Below, one piece after another: positions 18,842 to 29,304 of a stretch of 64,000 nt of DNA (positions are counted from its first letter, which is position 1; every line of letters begins with the position of its first letter). The stretch is from Thermoanaerobaculia bacterium (GTDB lineage Bacteria > Acidobacteriota > Thermoanaerobaculia > Multivoradales > Multivoraceae). The notes beneath the pieces are model-generated. The model made no database searches. It saw only the letters and a list, made by a program, of their open reading frames with translations, and was not told where the DNA came from. Location of the stretch: NCBI GenBank assembly GCA_963666565.1, contig OY762911.1:4064001-4128000 (forward strand), written 5' to 3'. Position numbers and translations under genes: made by a program.

Positions 18842-21645
18842 TCACGGGCCGCAGGGGAAGGCGGCGGTGTCGCCGCCGGGGCGCGCCGTCTCGCCGGCAA
18901 TTTCGTTGGTGTAGGTCCACTCGTTCCCGTCCGGCGCCACGACCCGGACGAGGAGCTTCAGGTCGGTCGTCGGCGCCAGGAACACCCACCGCCGACCGTT
19001 CACGGCGCAGCCGTCCAGGACCTTGATCAGCACCTCCACGTTGCCCGGGTCGAAGAACCACAGCAGGCCGGCCTCGTTCGACCACGTTCGTCCGCGCGCG
19101 TATCCCGTCTCTCCGTCCCGGGTCTGGAAGCACGCGAACACCCGGTATCCGCTGACTTCAACCGCCTCCATGGGCGGCTGGCACGTTTCGAGGCCCTCTT
19201 CCGGCGGCGGCGGCTCGACTCCGTTCACCTCGTGCCCGGCCTGATCGGACAGCCCCGGATGGCGGAGCGTCGCGGCCTCGCCGTCGGCCGCGACGATCGA
19301 GGCGTCGTTCAGTCTCAGAGAGTTCCGGATCACGCCGACGCCGTCGTCGTCCCTGTCCCCGCCCTGCACGAGGTACCGGAACACGAGCGTCCGGTCGCCG
19401 CTCTTCCCGCGGAACGTCGCCGCGCGCCCAGTGCCGCCCACGTTCAGGGCCAGCAGCGGCGTGCCGCCGTCGACGTCCACGGAGACGGCCTCGCTCATCA
19501 CGACGGTGACTTCAATCCACTCGCCCCATCCGTACGCGACGCCGTCGGCCGGGAACGAGGTCACGAAGAGCGAGTCCACGCCGGGAGGGGGTGGAGGCGG
19601 GGGTGGGGGTGGCTCCGGGTCAGGTTCCGGCGGAGGAGGGGTTCCGCCTCCTCCGCCTCCTCCGCCTCCTCCGCCTCCTCCGCCGCCGTCCCCCCCCCGC
19701 AGGCCGCAACGGTGTCCGTATCCTCTATCCCCGCGTGCCACGCCGTCAGGGCGGCGGGAAGGCAGACCGTGTTCGTTCCCCCGGCGTGGAACTTCTCCAG
19801 ATTCGTCAGCGCGCTCAACTTGCCCGGGAGTTCGCCGCTCAACTGGTTGCCGGACAGGTCGAGATGGACGAGCAACGTCCGGTCCCCCAGCCAGCCGGGT
19901 ACGGCGCCCGTCAGACTGTTGTCGTTCAGGCCGAGGTACTTGATGCTCTCGAGGTTCTTCAGCGCCTCGGGGATCGTCCCGGTCAACTCGTTGTCGCCGA
20001 GGTACAAGTACCAGGGGGTCGTGGCCGACCCCAACTCGGTCGGAATCCCGCCCGTCAGGCTGTTGTCTTCCAGATTCAGGTAGAAGAGATTGCTCAGATC
20101 GCCCAGTTCGGCGGGGATGGCGCCGCTCAACTGGTTCTCGCTGAGATTCACGCTCCTGAGGGGGAGGTCCCCGAACCAGTCGGGAATCTCGCCCGTCAGC
20201 GCGTTGTCCTGGAGGTTGAGGTAGCCGAGCTCCGTGAGATCCTCCAGCCAGGTCGGCATCGCGCCGGTCAGGCCGCTGTTCTCCATGAACAGCGTCGTGA
20301 GCTCCGCGAAGTTGCCCAGGAACGAAGGCGCGGGATCGGTGAAACTGTTGCCCCCGATGTGCAGCCGCGTGAGAGTCGTCTTGAGGTCGTCCAGCTCCGT
20401 CGGGATGGCGCCGGTCAGGCTGTTGCCGTCGATCCGGAGCGTGCGGAGAGCGGAGAGGCTGCCCAACTCCGACGGAATCGAACCGCTGAACTGGTTGTCG
20501 CCCAGATCCAGGGTGTTCAGTGTCGTGAGGTCTCCCAGCCACGTCGGAATCGAGCCCGTCAACTCGTTCTCGTTGAGATACAGGTCGTAGATCTTCGTGA
20601 GGTTCTTCAGGTTGTCCGGCAGCGCCCCGCTCAACTTGTTGTCGTAGAGATACAGGTACTGGAGGCTCTCCATGTCGCCCAGCTCGGCCGGTATGGCGCC
20701 GGTCAGTGCGTTCTCGCGCAGATACAACTGCGTCACTTTCGTGAGGGCGCCCAGTTCGGTCGGAACCGAACCGCTCAGCAGGTTGCCGCCCAGGTTGAGA
20801 TACGTGAGCTTCGTCAGGCTTCCCAGTTCCGCCGGGATGGAACCGCTCAACCTGTTTCCGGCCGCCCCGTACAGGTGCCCCTCCAGGTTGAGGTGGGTGA
20901 GCTCGGTGAGGTCGCCCAGTTCCGTCGGGATCGAACCGGTGAACTGATTGCGGCCGAGTTCGAGCCGCGTGAGACTCGTCAGATCGCCCAGCCAGGTCGG
21001 GATCTGGCCGGTCAGCCCATTGCCGCCGAGCTTCAGCGTTTCAAGGTTGGTGAGGTTCTTCAACTCCTCCGGCGGCGCGCCGCTCAACTCGTTGAACTGG
21101 AGGTCAAGGTTGCGGAGGTTCGTACTGCCCAGTTCCTTCGGGATCGCGCCCGTCAGGTCGTTCTGCTGAAGCCACAGGTTCTGGAGATTCGTCACGGAGC
21201 CCAACTGGGTCGGGATGGCGCCGGTCAGCTTGTTGCCGTAGAGCTCCAGGCGCGTCAGCCCCGTGAGGCTTCCCACCTCCGTCGGGATGGCGCCGGTCAG
21301 CTTGTTCCCGCCGAGTTTCAGGCTGGCAAGGCTCGTCAGGTCGCCCAGTTCCGTCGGAATCGTGCCGCTCAGGTTGTTCCAGGAGAGGTCCAGCTCGAGG
21401 ACCCGCCCGTTGCCGTCGACCATCACGCCGTGCCACGTGCCGATCGCCGCGTTGTCGTCCTTCCAGTTCGTGCTCGTCGTCCAGTTGGCGCCGTCGGTAC
21501 CGTCGTAGAGCGCCACCAGCGCGGCCTTGTCGTCGTTCGACTGGGCCGGCGCCGGAGCAAGAGCGCCGCCCAGCGCCGCGCCCGCGATCAGGCACGCCGC
21601 AGCTCGCGCGAGGCGCATCACGCCCCGATTCTCGGGTGTCGACAT
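18842..21645 (-). CDS. plant-like LRR surface protein with Gly/Pro linker and 'WFF..VLDGC' domain, frameshifted at a G9 tract (19690-19698)
   Basis: ORF 21645-19561 has a signal peptide, LRR N-cap and more than 20 repeats of LxGxIPxxLGxLxxLxxLxLxxNxL. The other frame continues G-rich/P-rich linker, Ig-like domain, WFFDPGNVEVLIKVLDGC. One extra G joins them into about 934 aa. Confidence 0.85.
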
Positions 21646-21696
21646 GGGATCTTCCGGCTCGCGACGGTCCCGGCGAACCGCCGTCGCGGCCGGAGT

Positions 21697-22779
21697 CTAC
21701 TCGTTCCCGGCGCCCGTGCTTCCCGCCTCCGCCTTCCGCTCCAGGTACTCCCGCTCGAGCAGCCGGGCGCCGCGCAGGATGTTGCCCATCGCGTAGTTGC
21801 CTTCGTGACAGGCGTACTCGTAGTTCAACTCCTCGGTGCGGGGCCAGAGGAACTCGCCGCCGTAGGGCGCCGTGTAGTCCGGGTCGTTCACCGTGAACTC
21901 GTAGAGCAGGTCGCCGGCGCCGCTCTGGCGAGTGAAGCGCTCGGTCACCTTCAGGCCCTCGCGCGGCACGCCCGGCCGCTCGAGGAAGTTGGTCGTCTCG
22001 ACCACGAGCGTGTCGCCATCCCACCAGCCGATCGAGTCGCCGCCCAGGGAGCGCACCTCGGGCGGCGCGTGCTCCGCGTTGAGCCGCACCACCTTCGCCC
22101 AGTGCATCCACTCGACCAGGATGACGACGTGGTCCTCGGTCTGGGCGATCGTCTTCAGGTTGTTGTAGAGGATCGGCCGGGCCGGGGTCGCCGCCGCGCC
22201 GAGGTACAGGCAGCGGTCGAGCACCGAGAGCGTCTCCGGTCCGTCGTAAGGATCGTCGCCGGTCTCGATCCACCAGGCCGAGCCGGTGTTCTCGTAGGCG
22301 TAGGGATGGAGGTCGGCGCGGCGCGCCTTGCCGGCCTCGGAGAGCGAGGGCATGCGGCCGTTCGGCGGGTCGGTGAGGATGGAGGTGCGGAACTTGCCGT
22401 CGATCGCGTGGCGCCCGCTGCCGCGATCGGTCCAGAACGAGTTGTAGCCGCCGACCGCGCCCGCGGCGCCGGGAGAACCGTCGCCGCCGGACGGCGGCGC
22501 CGACCGCTCCGGGTCGCTGGCCGCGTTGGCCCTGGCCATCGCCGCCCGGGTCCGCTCCATGATCTCCTCCGCTTCCTCGACGGTGAGGAAGAGCTTGTCG
22601 CCGAACTCCGACGGCCGTTCGAACGGAATCGAACTTGCCAGGTTGTAGCGGCCGGTGAGATCCGGCTTGCCGCTGGCGGTGCGGGGAATGTCGTCGCCGG
22701 CGGCCGCGGCCGGGGCGGCCAAGAGGGCCAGAGCGGCGATCGCGACTACGATGGCGGGTGCGGTTCGTTCGATGCGCAT
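21697..22779 (-). CDS. secreted 'PDLxGxW...EYACHEGN' family protein (paralog 4)
   Basis: Signal peptide MRIERTAP..., GKPDLTGRY, PFERP, DRCL, YNN, GDSIGWWDGDT, YEYACHEGN. Confidence 0.87.
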   Translation of the reverse strand: MRIERTAPAIVVAIAALALLAAPAAAAGDDIPRTASGKPDLTGRYNLASSIPFERPSEFGDKLFLTVEEAEEIMERTRAAMARANAASDPERSAPPSGGDGSPGAAGAVGGYNSFWTDRGSGRHAIDGKFRTSILTDPPNGRMPSLSEAGKARRADLHPYAYENTGSAWWIETGDDPYDGPETLSVLDRCLYLGAAATPARPILYNNLKTIAQTEDHVVILVEWMHWAKVVRLNAEHAPPEVRSLGGDSIGWWDGDTLVVETTNFLERPGVPREGLKVTERFTRQSGAGDLLYEFTVNDPDYTAPYGGEFLWPRTEELNYEYACHEGNYAMGNILRGARLLEREYLERKAEAGSTGAGNE

Positions 22780-23000
22780 GGCGTGTCCTCGCGTCGTGTA
22801 CACGGACCTTGGGGAAGATCGTTCAAGCGTACCGCAACGGAGGTCCCCGCTCCGCCGCTCGCAACGGACCGGGCCGCGAAGCGGAGCCGGCCTTCGGCCG
22901 CCGCGACTCCCTGGCCGCCTTCGGCGGCGGTGGGCTACGGGGCGCCGCTGCTAGACTGAGGCGCCCGTCAAGCCCACCGGTTCCAAAGGACGAACATGCC

Positions 23001-24656
23001 ATGAGATCCTCGCTCCGCCGCCGTCCAGGGCTCCGCCGCCGGCCAGGCACGCTCTCGGCGTTCGCCGGCGCCGCCGTGCTGCTCGCGACGGCGGCCGGCG
23101 CCGCCGACTCGCCGACCTTCAGCCGCGACGTCGCGCCCATCCTGTTCGAGAAGTGCGTGCAGTGCCACCGCCCGAACCAGGCGGCGCCGATGTCGCTGCT
23201 CTCCTTCCGGGAGGCCCGGCCCTGGGCGCGCGGCATGGCGCGGGCGGTCGAGAACGGCGACATGCCGCCCTGGAGCGGAGAGTCTGAGCACGTCGCGTTC
23301 CGCAACGACCTCTCCCTCTCCGCCGAGCAGGTCGCCACGATCACGGGCTGGGCCGCGGCCGGCGCTCCCGAGGGCGACCCCGCCGACCTGCCGCCGGTGC
23401 CGACCTTCCCCGAAGGCTGGACGCTGGGCGAACCGGACTACGTGCTCACGCTCGACCGGATCGAGGTGCCGGCGGAAGGCCCGGACCTCTTCCCCAAGCA
23501 GCGGATCGAGCTCGACCTGGAGGAGGAGCGGTGGGTTCAGGCCATCGAGTTCCTCCCCGGCGACCGGCGCGCGACGCACCACTTCCAGGCCACCTACACG
23601 ACGCCGCGGCGCGAGAGCGGCGGCCCCATCGGCTCCGGCGACAGGGTGAGCGAAGGCGCCGCCGGCAGCGGCGTGTTCGGCATCTGGACCGCGGGCATGC
23701 CGCCCTACGTGTTCCCCGAAGGCACCGGGCGCGTTCTCGGCCCCGGCACGACGATCACGATGGACTCGCATTACCACCCCTTCGGCGAAGCGACGTCCGA
23801 CACAACGCGCATCGGCATTCACTTCGGCGAAGGCGAGCTGCAACGGGAGGTGGCGACCGTCTCGGTGGCAAACACGGGCATCCGCATTCCGCCGGGCGCC
23901 GGCCACCACGCCGAGGAGGGGTTCTTCCAGCCCGACGACGACATGCAGATCCTCGCCTTCAGCCCCCACATGCACGTCCGCGGCAAGGCGATGACCTACC
24001 GCATCGTCCACGCCGACGGCACGTCCGAGACCCTGCTCGACGTGCCGAAGTACGACTACAACTGGCAGTGGCTCTACTACCCCACCGAGCCGATCGACCT
24101 GCCGGCCTCGAGCCGCATCGAAGTCACCGCGGTCTGGGACAATTCGAAGGACAACCCGGCCAACCCCGACCCGGCGCGCGAGATCATCTACCGCGGCGAC
24201 GTGGTCAACGAGATGTTCGTCGGTTTCATGGAGATCGTCCGCAAGGAGGGCGGCTACCACCGGCCGAAGAAGAACATCGACAAGCTCAACGACCTGATCG
24301 CCCGCCACCCCCGGGACGCCTCCTTCCTGGCCGACGGGTTCCTGCCGTTCGCGTTCTGGGCGCCGCGCGAGGGCGAGGGCATCCTCTACCTCGCCTCCGG
24401 CCTGCAGATGTTCACGATCACCCTGGACGACGTCGCCTGGACCGGCGACCGTCTCCGGATAACGACCCACTTCCCCACGCCCGAGGCGTCGGCCATCACG
24501 ACGGTGATCGACGGCGAACGCGACGCGGACGGCGTGCTCCGCGGCACGATCACGATGGGCGCCGGCACGGAGCGTCCCTTCGAGATGAAGCTGGCCGCCG
24601 AGCCCGCTGGCCGGGCGCCGTCCGGCGACGCCACCGGCGCCGCCGCCGGAGAGTGA
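23001..24656 (+). CDS. cytochrome c + copper type II (PHM/DbH-like) monooxygenase-like protein
   Basis: Signal peptide, PTFSRDVAPIL..KCVQCH, MPPW, THH, HYH, PHMHVRG, YDYNWQ..Y, NEMF. Confidence 0.8.
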   Translation: MRSSLRRRPGLRRRPGTLSAFAGAAVLLATAAGAADSPTFSRDVAPILFEKCVQCHRPNQAAPMSLLSFREARPWARGMARAVENGDMPPWSGESEHVAFRNDLSLSAEQVATITGWAAAGAPEGDPADLPPVPTFPEGWTLGEPDYVLTLDRIEVPAEGPDLFPKQRIELDLEEERWVQAIEFLPGDRRATHHFQATYTTPRRESGGPIGSGDRVSEGAAGSGVFGIWTAGMPPYVFPEGTGRVLGPGTTITMDSHYHPFGEATSDTTRIGIHFGEGELQREVATVSVANTGIRIPPGAGHHAEEGFFQPDDDMQILAFSPHMHVRGKAMTYRIVHADGTSETLLDVPKYDYNWQWLYYPTEPIDLPASSRIEVTAVWDNSKDNPANPDPAREIIYRGDVVNEMFVGFMEIVRKEGGYHRPKKNIDKLNDLIARHPRDASFLADGFLPFAFWAPREGEGILYLASGLQMFTITLDDVAWTGDRLRITTHFPTPEASAITTVIDGERDADGVLRGTITMGAGTERPFEMKLAAEPAGRAPSGDATGAAAGE

Positions 24657-25180
24657 CGACGGCGCGCGGCAGGTTCCGGGCCGGCTTCCTTGCGCTGCCG
24701 TTGGCCGCGGCGCTGGCCCTGGCCTGCGGCGCGCCGACGATGTCCCAGCTCAAGGCGCTGGTGCGCGCGAGCTTTCCCGGCGTGCCCCAGATGAGCGTCG
24801 AGGAGTTCGACCGGCGGCTCGACGAGACGCCGGCGCCGCTGGTGATCGATGTCCGCGAGCCGCACGAGTACGAGGTCAGCCACCTTCCCGGAGCGGTTCA
24901 CGCCCAGGGCGGGAAGATCGTCGAGCTGGTCGCCGCCGCCGACTCCGAACGGCCCGTCGTTCTCTACTGCTCCGTCGGCTACCGTTCCTCGGCCGCGGTC
25001 GCCGACCTGATCCAGTTGCACGACCCGGAGATTCTCGACCGGGTCTGGAACCTCGAAGGCTCCATTTTCGAGTGGGCCAACTCCGGCCGGCCCGTCTATC
25101 GCGGCGACGTCGAGGTCGACCGCGTTCACCCGTACGACCGGCAGTGGAGCAAGCTGCTCGAACCGCACCTGCGGCCCTGA
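24653..25180 (+). CDS. rhodanese-like lipoprotein
   Basis: GTGA overlap with the upstream gene, lipobox LALAC, IDVREPHEYEVSHLPGA, YCSVGYRS, NLEGSIFEW. Confidence 0.88.
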   Translation: MTTARGRFRAGFLALPLAAALALACGAPTMSQLKALVRASFPGVPQMSVEEFDRRLDETPAPLVIDVREPHEYEVSHLPGAVHAQGGKIVELVAAADSERPVVLYCSVGYRSSAAVADLIQLHDPEILDRVWNLEGSIFEWANSGRPVYRGDVEVDRVHPYDRQWSKLLEPHLRP

Positions 25181-25229
25181 TTCCGCGCGGCGCCGGACCA
25201 GGTACCGAAAGAGACAGAAGGAGCACAAG

Positions 25230-27656
25230 ATGACCCGGACCGTCGCCCGCCTCCTGCCGTTCTGGCCGACGCTCAGCCTGCTGGCGCTCGCGAGCGCCCT
25301 CCCCGTCCCGGCGGCGGCCCAGGAGGCCGGCGCGGCGGAAGCCGAAGCGGCGCCTGGCGGCAGCTTCGGGGAGGAGATCACCGTCACCGCCCGAAAGCGG
25401 GAGGAGAACCTCCAGGAGGTGCCCTTCTCCGTCGTCGCGCCGAGCGAGGAAGTACTCCGCAGCCGCGGCGCGGGCAACCTGGAGGACATCGCGGCCAACG
25501 TCGCGGGCTTCACCGTGCAGAACCTCGGCCCCGGCCAGAGCCAGGTGGCCATGCGCGGCGTCGCCTCGGGCCAGATCGTCCGCGACCAGCCCGGCGTCAA
25601 GGAGCAGGTCGGCATCTACCTCGACGAGTCCGTCGTCTCCCTGTCGCTCTTCACGCCCGACATCGACATCTTCGACATGTCCCGCGTCGAGGTCCTGCGC
25701 GGGCCGCAGGGCACCCTGTTCGGCTCCGGTTCGCTCGCCGGCACCGTCCGCTACATCACGAACCAGCCGGAACTGGGGGTCTCCGACGGCTTCGGGGAGT
25801 TCTCGCTCGCTTCCGTCGGCGACGGCGGCATGGGCGGCAGCGCGAAGGCCGCGGTCAACGTGCCGGTGGGCGACCGCTCGGCGATGCGGATCACCGCTTG
25901 GCACACCTCGTTCGGCGGTTTCATGGACGCGGTGCAGCCCGACCTGAGCGTCGACGAGGACGTGAACTCCGGCACGCGGACCGGCGCCCGGTGGGCCTTC
26001 CGCTTCGAGCCGTCCGAGAACGTGACGGTCACGCCCCGCCTCATCCACCAGGAAGTCGACATGGACGGCTGGAACCGGATCGACGACTTCAACATCCTGG
26101 CCAACCCGTACACGACCACGCGGCCCGCCGTGGATCTCGGCGAGCGCGAGCTCTTCACCCAGTTCGACGAGCCCTACACGGACGAGTTCCTGCTCGCCGA
26201 CCTGAAGGTCGAGATCGATCTCCCGGACGGCTACTACTTCACCTCCATCACCTCGACGACGGACCGCGACCTGCTCGTCGTGCGCGACTCGACCGCGCTG
26301 TACGCGAGCGTCGCCGGCGCGACGATCGGCCTGCCCGAACCGGTCTACACGCTGGACGCGCCCCTGATCGACGCCACGACCGCCACGGGCCTCACGCAGG
26401 AACTGCGGCTGGCGAGCGGCGACGAGTACACCCACTGGGTGCTCGGCCTCTTCTACGGCACGAGCGAGCGCGACTACGGCCAGAGTCTGCCGGTTACGGG
26501 CTTCGAGGCGATGAGCGGCATTCCCACCGCGGGCGCTTTCGGCGCCGCCGTCGACGAGCTCTTCTACTCGGACCTGAGCTACGAGTTCGACCAGACGGCG
26601 GCGTTCTTCGAGATCGCATGGACCGCGAGCGACCGGCTCGACCTGACCGCCGGCGCGCGCTGGTACGACTACGAGGAGACCCGAAGCCAGGTCTTCGACG
26701 GGCTGTTCGCCGAACCCGGGCCGACCGTGGGCGAGACGAGCGCGGACGGCATCGCCCCGCGCTTGATCGCCAGCTACGAGGCGACCGAGAACACGCGCCT
26801 CAACGCCCAGGTCTCGAAGGGCTTCCGGCTCGGCGGCATCAACGATCCGCTGAACGTGCCCGTCTGCACGCCGGAGGATCTCGCGACCTTCAGCGGCCGC
26901 GACAGTTGGGAGGACGAGGAGCTCTGGAACGTGGAGATCGGCTCGAAATCGACGATCCTGGGCGGTCGCGGCACGTTCAACGTCGCGGCATTCTCGATGG
27001 ACATCTCGAACCTGCAGACCACCGTCACCGCCGGTTCCTGCTCCTCCCGGCTCGTCTTCAACGTGCCCGACGCGCGCAGCACGGGCCTGGAGCTCGAGAT
27101 CACGGGTCAGCCGTCGGCGGCTTTCGACTTCGCGATCTCCGCCAGCTACGCGGACTCCGAACTCGGGTCGACCCTGACCTCGACCGCGGCCGATGGGACG
27201 ACCAGCGTCGTCTCCGGCATCGAGAAGGGCAACCGCCTGCCGACGGTGCCGGAGTTCCAGGCCGCCCTCGCCGCGACGTACCGCTGGGAAGCGGGAGACT
27301 GGGCCGGCTACCTCACGGGCGTCTTCCAGCACGTCGGCTCGCGCTTCACGCAGATCGGCGACCACGCGCCGGGGTTCGGCACGGTGAACCTGCTGGCGCT
27401 CTCCGCGACGAAGCCGATCGGCGGACCGCTCACGCAGGACGTGTTCCGGTTCGATCCCGAGATGCCGGCCTACGACCTCCTGAACCTGCGGCTCAGCTTC
27501 CTGAACGAGCGATGGGACGTGGCCCTCTTCGTCAACAACGCCCTCGACGAGCGGGCCTTCCTGGCCCTCGACCAGGAACGCGGCACGCGCGCCCGCGTCG
27601 GCTACCTGACGAACCGGCCGCGGACCATCGGCGTGAGCACCCGCATCGACTTCTGA
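25230..27656 (+). CDS. TonB-dependent receptor
   Basis: EEITVTARKREENLQEVP, RVEVLRGPQGTLFG, C-terminal Phe (TRIDF); AAGGAG SD. Confidence 0.95.
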   Translation: MTRTVARLLPFWPTLSLLALASALPVPAAAQEAGAAEAEAAPGGSFGEEITVTARKREENLQEVPFSVVAPSEEVLRSRGAGNLEDIAANVAGFTVQNLGPGQSQVAMRGVASGQIVRDQPGVKEQVGIYLDESVVSLSLFTPDIDIFDMSRVEVLRGPQGTLFGSGSLAGTVRYITNQPELGVSDGFGEFSLASVGDGGMGGSAKAAVNVPVGDRSAMRITAWHTSFGGFMDAVQPDLSVDEDVNSGTRTGARWAFRFEPSENVTVTPRLIHQEVDMDGWNRIDDFNILANPYTTTRPAVDLGERELFTQFDEPYTDEFLLADLKVEIDLPDGYYFTSITSTTDRDLLVVRDSTALYASVAGATIGLPEPVYTLDAPLIDATTATGLTQELRLASGDEYTHWVLGLFYGTSERDYGQSLPVTGFEAMSGIPTAGAFGAAVDELFYSDLSYEFDQTAAFFEIAWTASDRLDLTAGARWYDYEETRSQVFDGLFAEPGPTVGETSADGIAPRLIASYEATENTRLNAQVSKGFRLGGINDPLNVPVCTPEDLATFSGRDSWEDEELWNVEIGSKSTILGGRGTFNVAAFSMDISNLQTTVTAGSCSSRLVFNVPDARSTGLELEITGQPSAAFDFAISASYADSELGSTLTSTAADGTTSVVSGIEKGNRLPTVPEFQAALAATYRWEAGDWAGYLTGVFQHVGSRFTQIGDHAPGFGTVNLLALSATKPIGGPLTQDVFRFDPEMPAYDLLNLRLSFLNERWDVALFVNNALDERAFLALDQERGTRARVGYLTNRPRTIGVSTRIDF

Positions 27657-27673
27657 CTTCGCTGGGTGCGCGA

Positions 27674-27816
27674 CTGGGTGCGCGGTCTTCCGACCCGCTT
27701 GCCGCCGTAGGTGGCGGACAGCGTCGTCGCCGGCCTTTGGCCGGCGGCCCTGTTGTCCGGGCTACGCCGCTTCGCGGCGCCGCCCATGTGCGGGTCGGAA
27801 GACCCGCGCACCCCAG
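27674..27816. repeat. composite inverted REP pair (BIME/REPIN-like)
   Basis: Two inverted REP units around a spacer shared with 34676-34814 and 42292-42431 (…GTCCGGGCT.CGCCGCT.CGCGGC…). Confidence 0.8.
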
Positions 27817-27834
27817 CGGCGCCCAGCCGCCGCC

Positions 27835-28704
27835 TCACGGCGAATGCGGCTGCGCCGTAGCGGCAAGAACCCCCGTCGCCGCCAGCACCAGCAGAGCGAA
27901 GACGACCTCGAGAACCACCGTCACCGGCACCGGGTCGGTGTGCGGATCGGGGCGAAGGTTCATCCGCAGGTAGTTCACGCCGCCCAGGAACAGGACGACC
28001 GCGCTCACGGCCACCTTCGCCAGCAGGATCCGACCGTACGGCTCGGTCCGGAGCGCCTCCCAGCCGGGCAGGTAGAGGACCGTCATCACCACCCCGCTCG
28101 CGACCAGGACGGTCGCCGCGGTCACCGCCACCGGAGCGAAGGCGCCGAGCCAGAAGCGGCGCATGGACGCCGCTTCCGCCGCCGAAGCCTGGCGGCCCAT
28201 GAGCGGAAGCGCGAGGATGACGGTCAGCGTGCCGGCCCAGAAGCCGGCGCCGAGCACGTGGGCGCTCTGGGCGATCCACGCGGCAGGGTTGCCGAACGCA
28301 TGACCCGTCATCGGCAACGTCGCGGCCAGCCCGAGGGTCCCGATCCCGGTGATCGCCAGACCGATCCCGGCGAACCGGAAGGCCAGCAGGGCGCCGAACG
28401 TCGTGCCCGCCGCGGCGCCGACCTGCCAGCGCCATCGTCCTCCCCAACGGCTCTCGATCGCCACCGCCCGCAGGTTCTCCAGCGTGAACGCCTCGCCCGG
28501 CCCCCAGACCTCGACCGACTGGAAGACGGCCCGCAGCGCCAGCGCCGCGAGCAGCAGAAGGGACGAGAGCAGGGTGAGCCGCACCAGTTCGACGCGCTGG
28601 TCGCGAACCGCCAGGTCGTGCGGGCCGATCGCCTCCAGCAGCCGCATGCCGACCGCGCCGAAGACCAGGAGCAGGGGCGGATAGACGGCCCAGCGGCCGG
28701 CCAT
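27835..28704 (-). CDS. copD: CopD-family copper transport membrane protein
   Basis: TGHA, HVLGAGFWAG, F...A, SG, T.PYGRILLAKV; adjacent to copC. Confidence 0.85.
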   Translation of the reverse strand: MAGRWAVYPPLLLVFGAVGMRLLEAIGPHDLAVRDQRVELVRLTLLSSLLLLAALALRAVFQSVEVWGPGEAFTLENLRAVAIESRWGGRWRWQVGAAAGTTFGALLAFRFAGIGLAITGIGTLGLAATLPMTGHAFGNPAAWIAQSAHVLGAGFWAGTLTVILALPLMGRQASAAEAASMRRFWLGAFAPVAVTAATVLVASGVVMTVLYLPGWEALRTEPYGRILLAKVAVSAVVLFLGGVNYLRMNLRPDPHTDPVPVTVVLEVVFALLVLAATGVLAATAQPHSP

Positions 28705-28738
28705 CTCCCAGGTCAGTGCGGAATCCGGGCCCAGCGGC

Positions 28739-29122
28739 TCAGCGCCCTGCGCGGTCGATCGTGAAGCTCCACTCGCCGGTCAGCACATGGCCGTCGTCCC
28801 CGGCCGTCCGCCACCTGGCCGTGTACGAACCGTCCGGCATCCGGCCCGTGACCCTGGCCATCAGGTCCTTCTCGCCCATCGTGTGAAGGCCCTCGACCTT
28901 CATCGGCCCCGCGGGGCCTTCGAGTTCCAGCTTGCTCAGCGGCACGTCCGGTTCCTGGTTGAACCACACCCGCAGCGTCCGCACCGGCCCGGAGAGCGTC
29001 GCGCCGTCCTCGGGGCTGGTGTTCGACACCTTGAGGTGGGCGAACGCGGCGGTGGCGAGAACGAGAAGCAAAGCGGCGGCGCCGAAGGCCGCGGCTCTCC
29101 GAAAGCGGCGTCGATTCGTCAT
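28739..29122 (-). CDS. copC: CopC periplasmic copper-binding protein
   Basis: Signal peptide ending AFA/H(1)LKV..TSP.DG, Y...WRT...DGH...G...FTI. Confidence 0.9.
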   Translation of the reverse strand: MTNRRRFRRAAAFGAAALLLVLATAAFAHLKVSNTSPEDGATLSGPVRTLRVWFNQEPDVPLSKLELEGPAGPMKVEGLHTMGEKDLMARVTGRMPDGSYTARWRTAGDDGHVLTGEWSFTIDRAGR

Positions 29123-29304
29123 CGAGAACGTCTCCGTGCTTGCACGACGCCGGCGCCAGTGCCGGCGCGCGAGAAGTCGAGCGTACCAGCCGCAGCGCCG
29201 CCCCCCATTCTCGACCGAGCGGCGAGCCGGCGGGGACCGTCCGTCGTGCTAGCGTGCCCGTCCTTGACCACAGTATCGGCATCGCTTGGTCCTCGGAGGC
29301 TGTC

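Noticed and set aside
19591-22959. 1122-aa plus-strand ORF and similar long Arg/Ala/Pro-rich ORFs (5281-7224, 15817-17631, 24876-27365, most of 40158-43268)
   Set aside because: Shadow or alternative frames of real genes, expected in high-GC DNA; no recognisable motifs.
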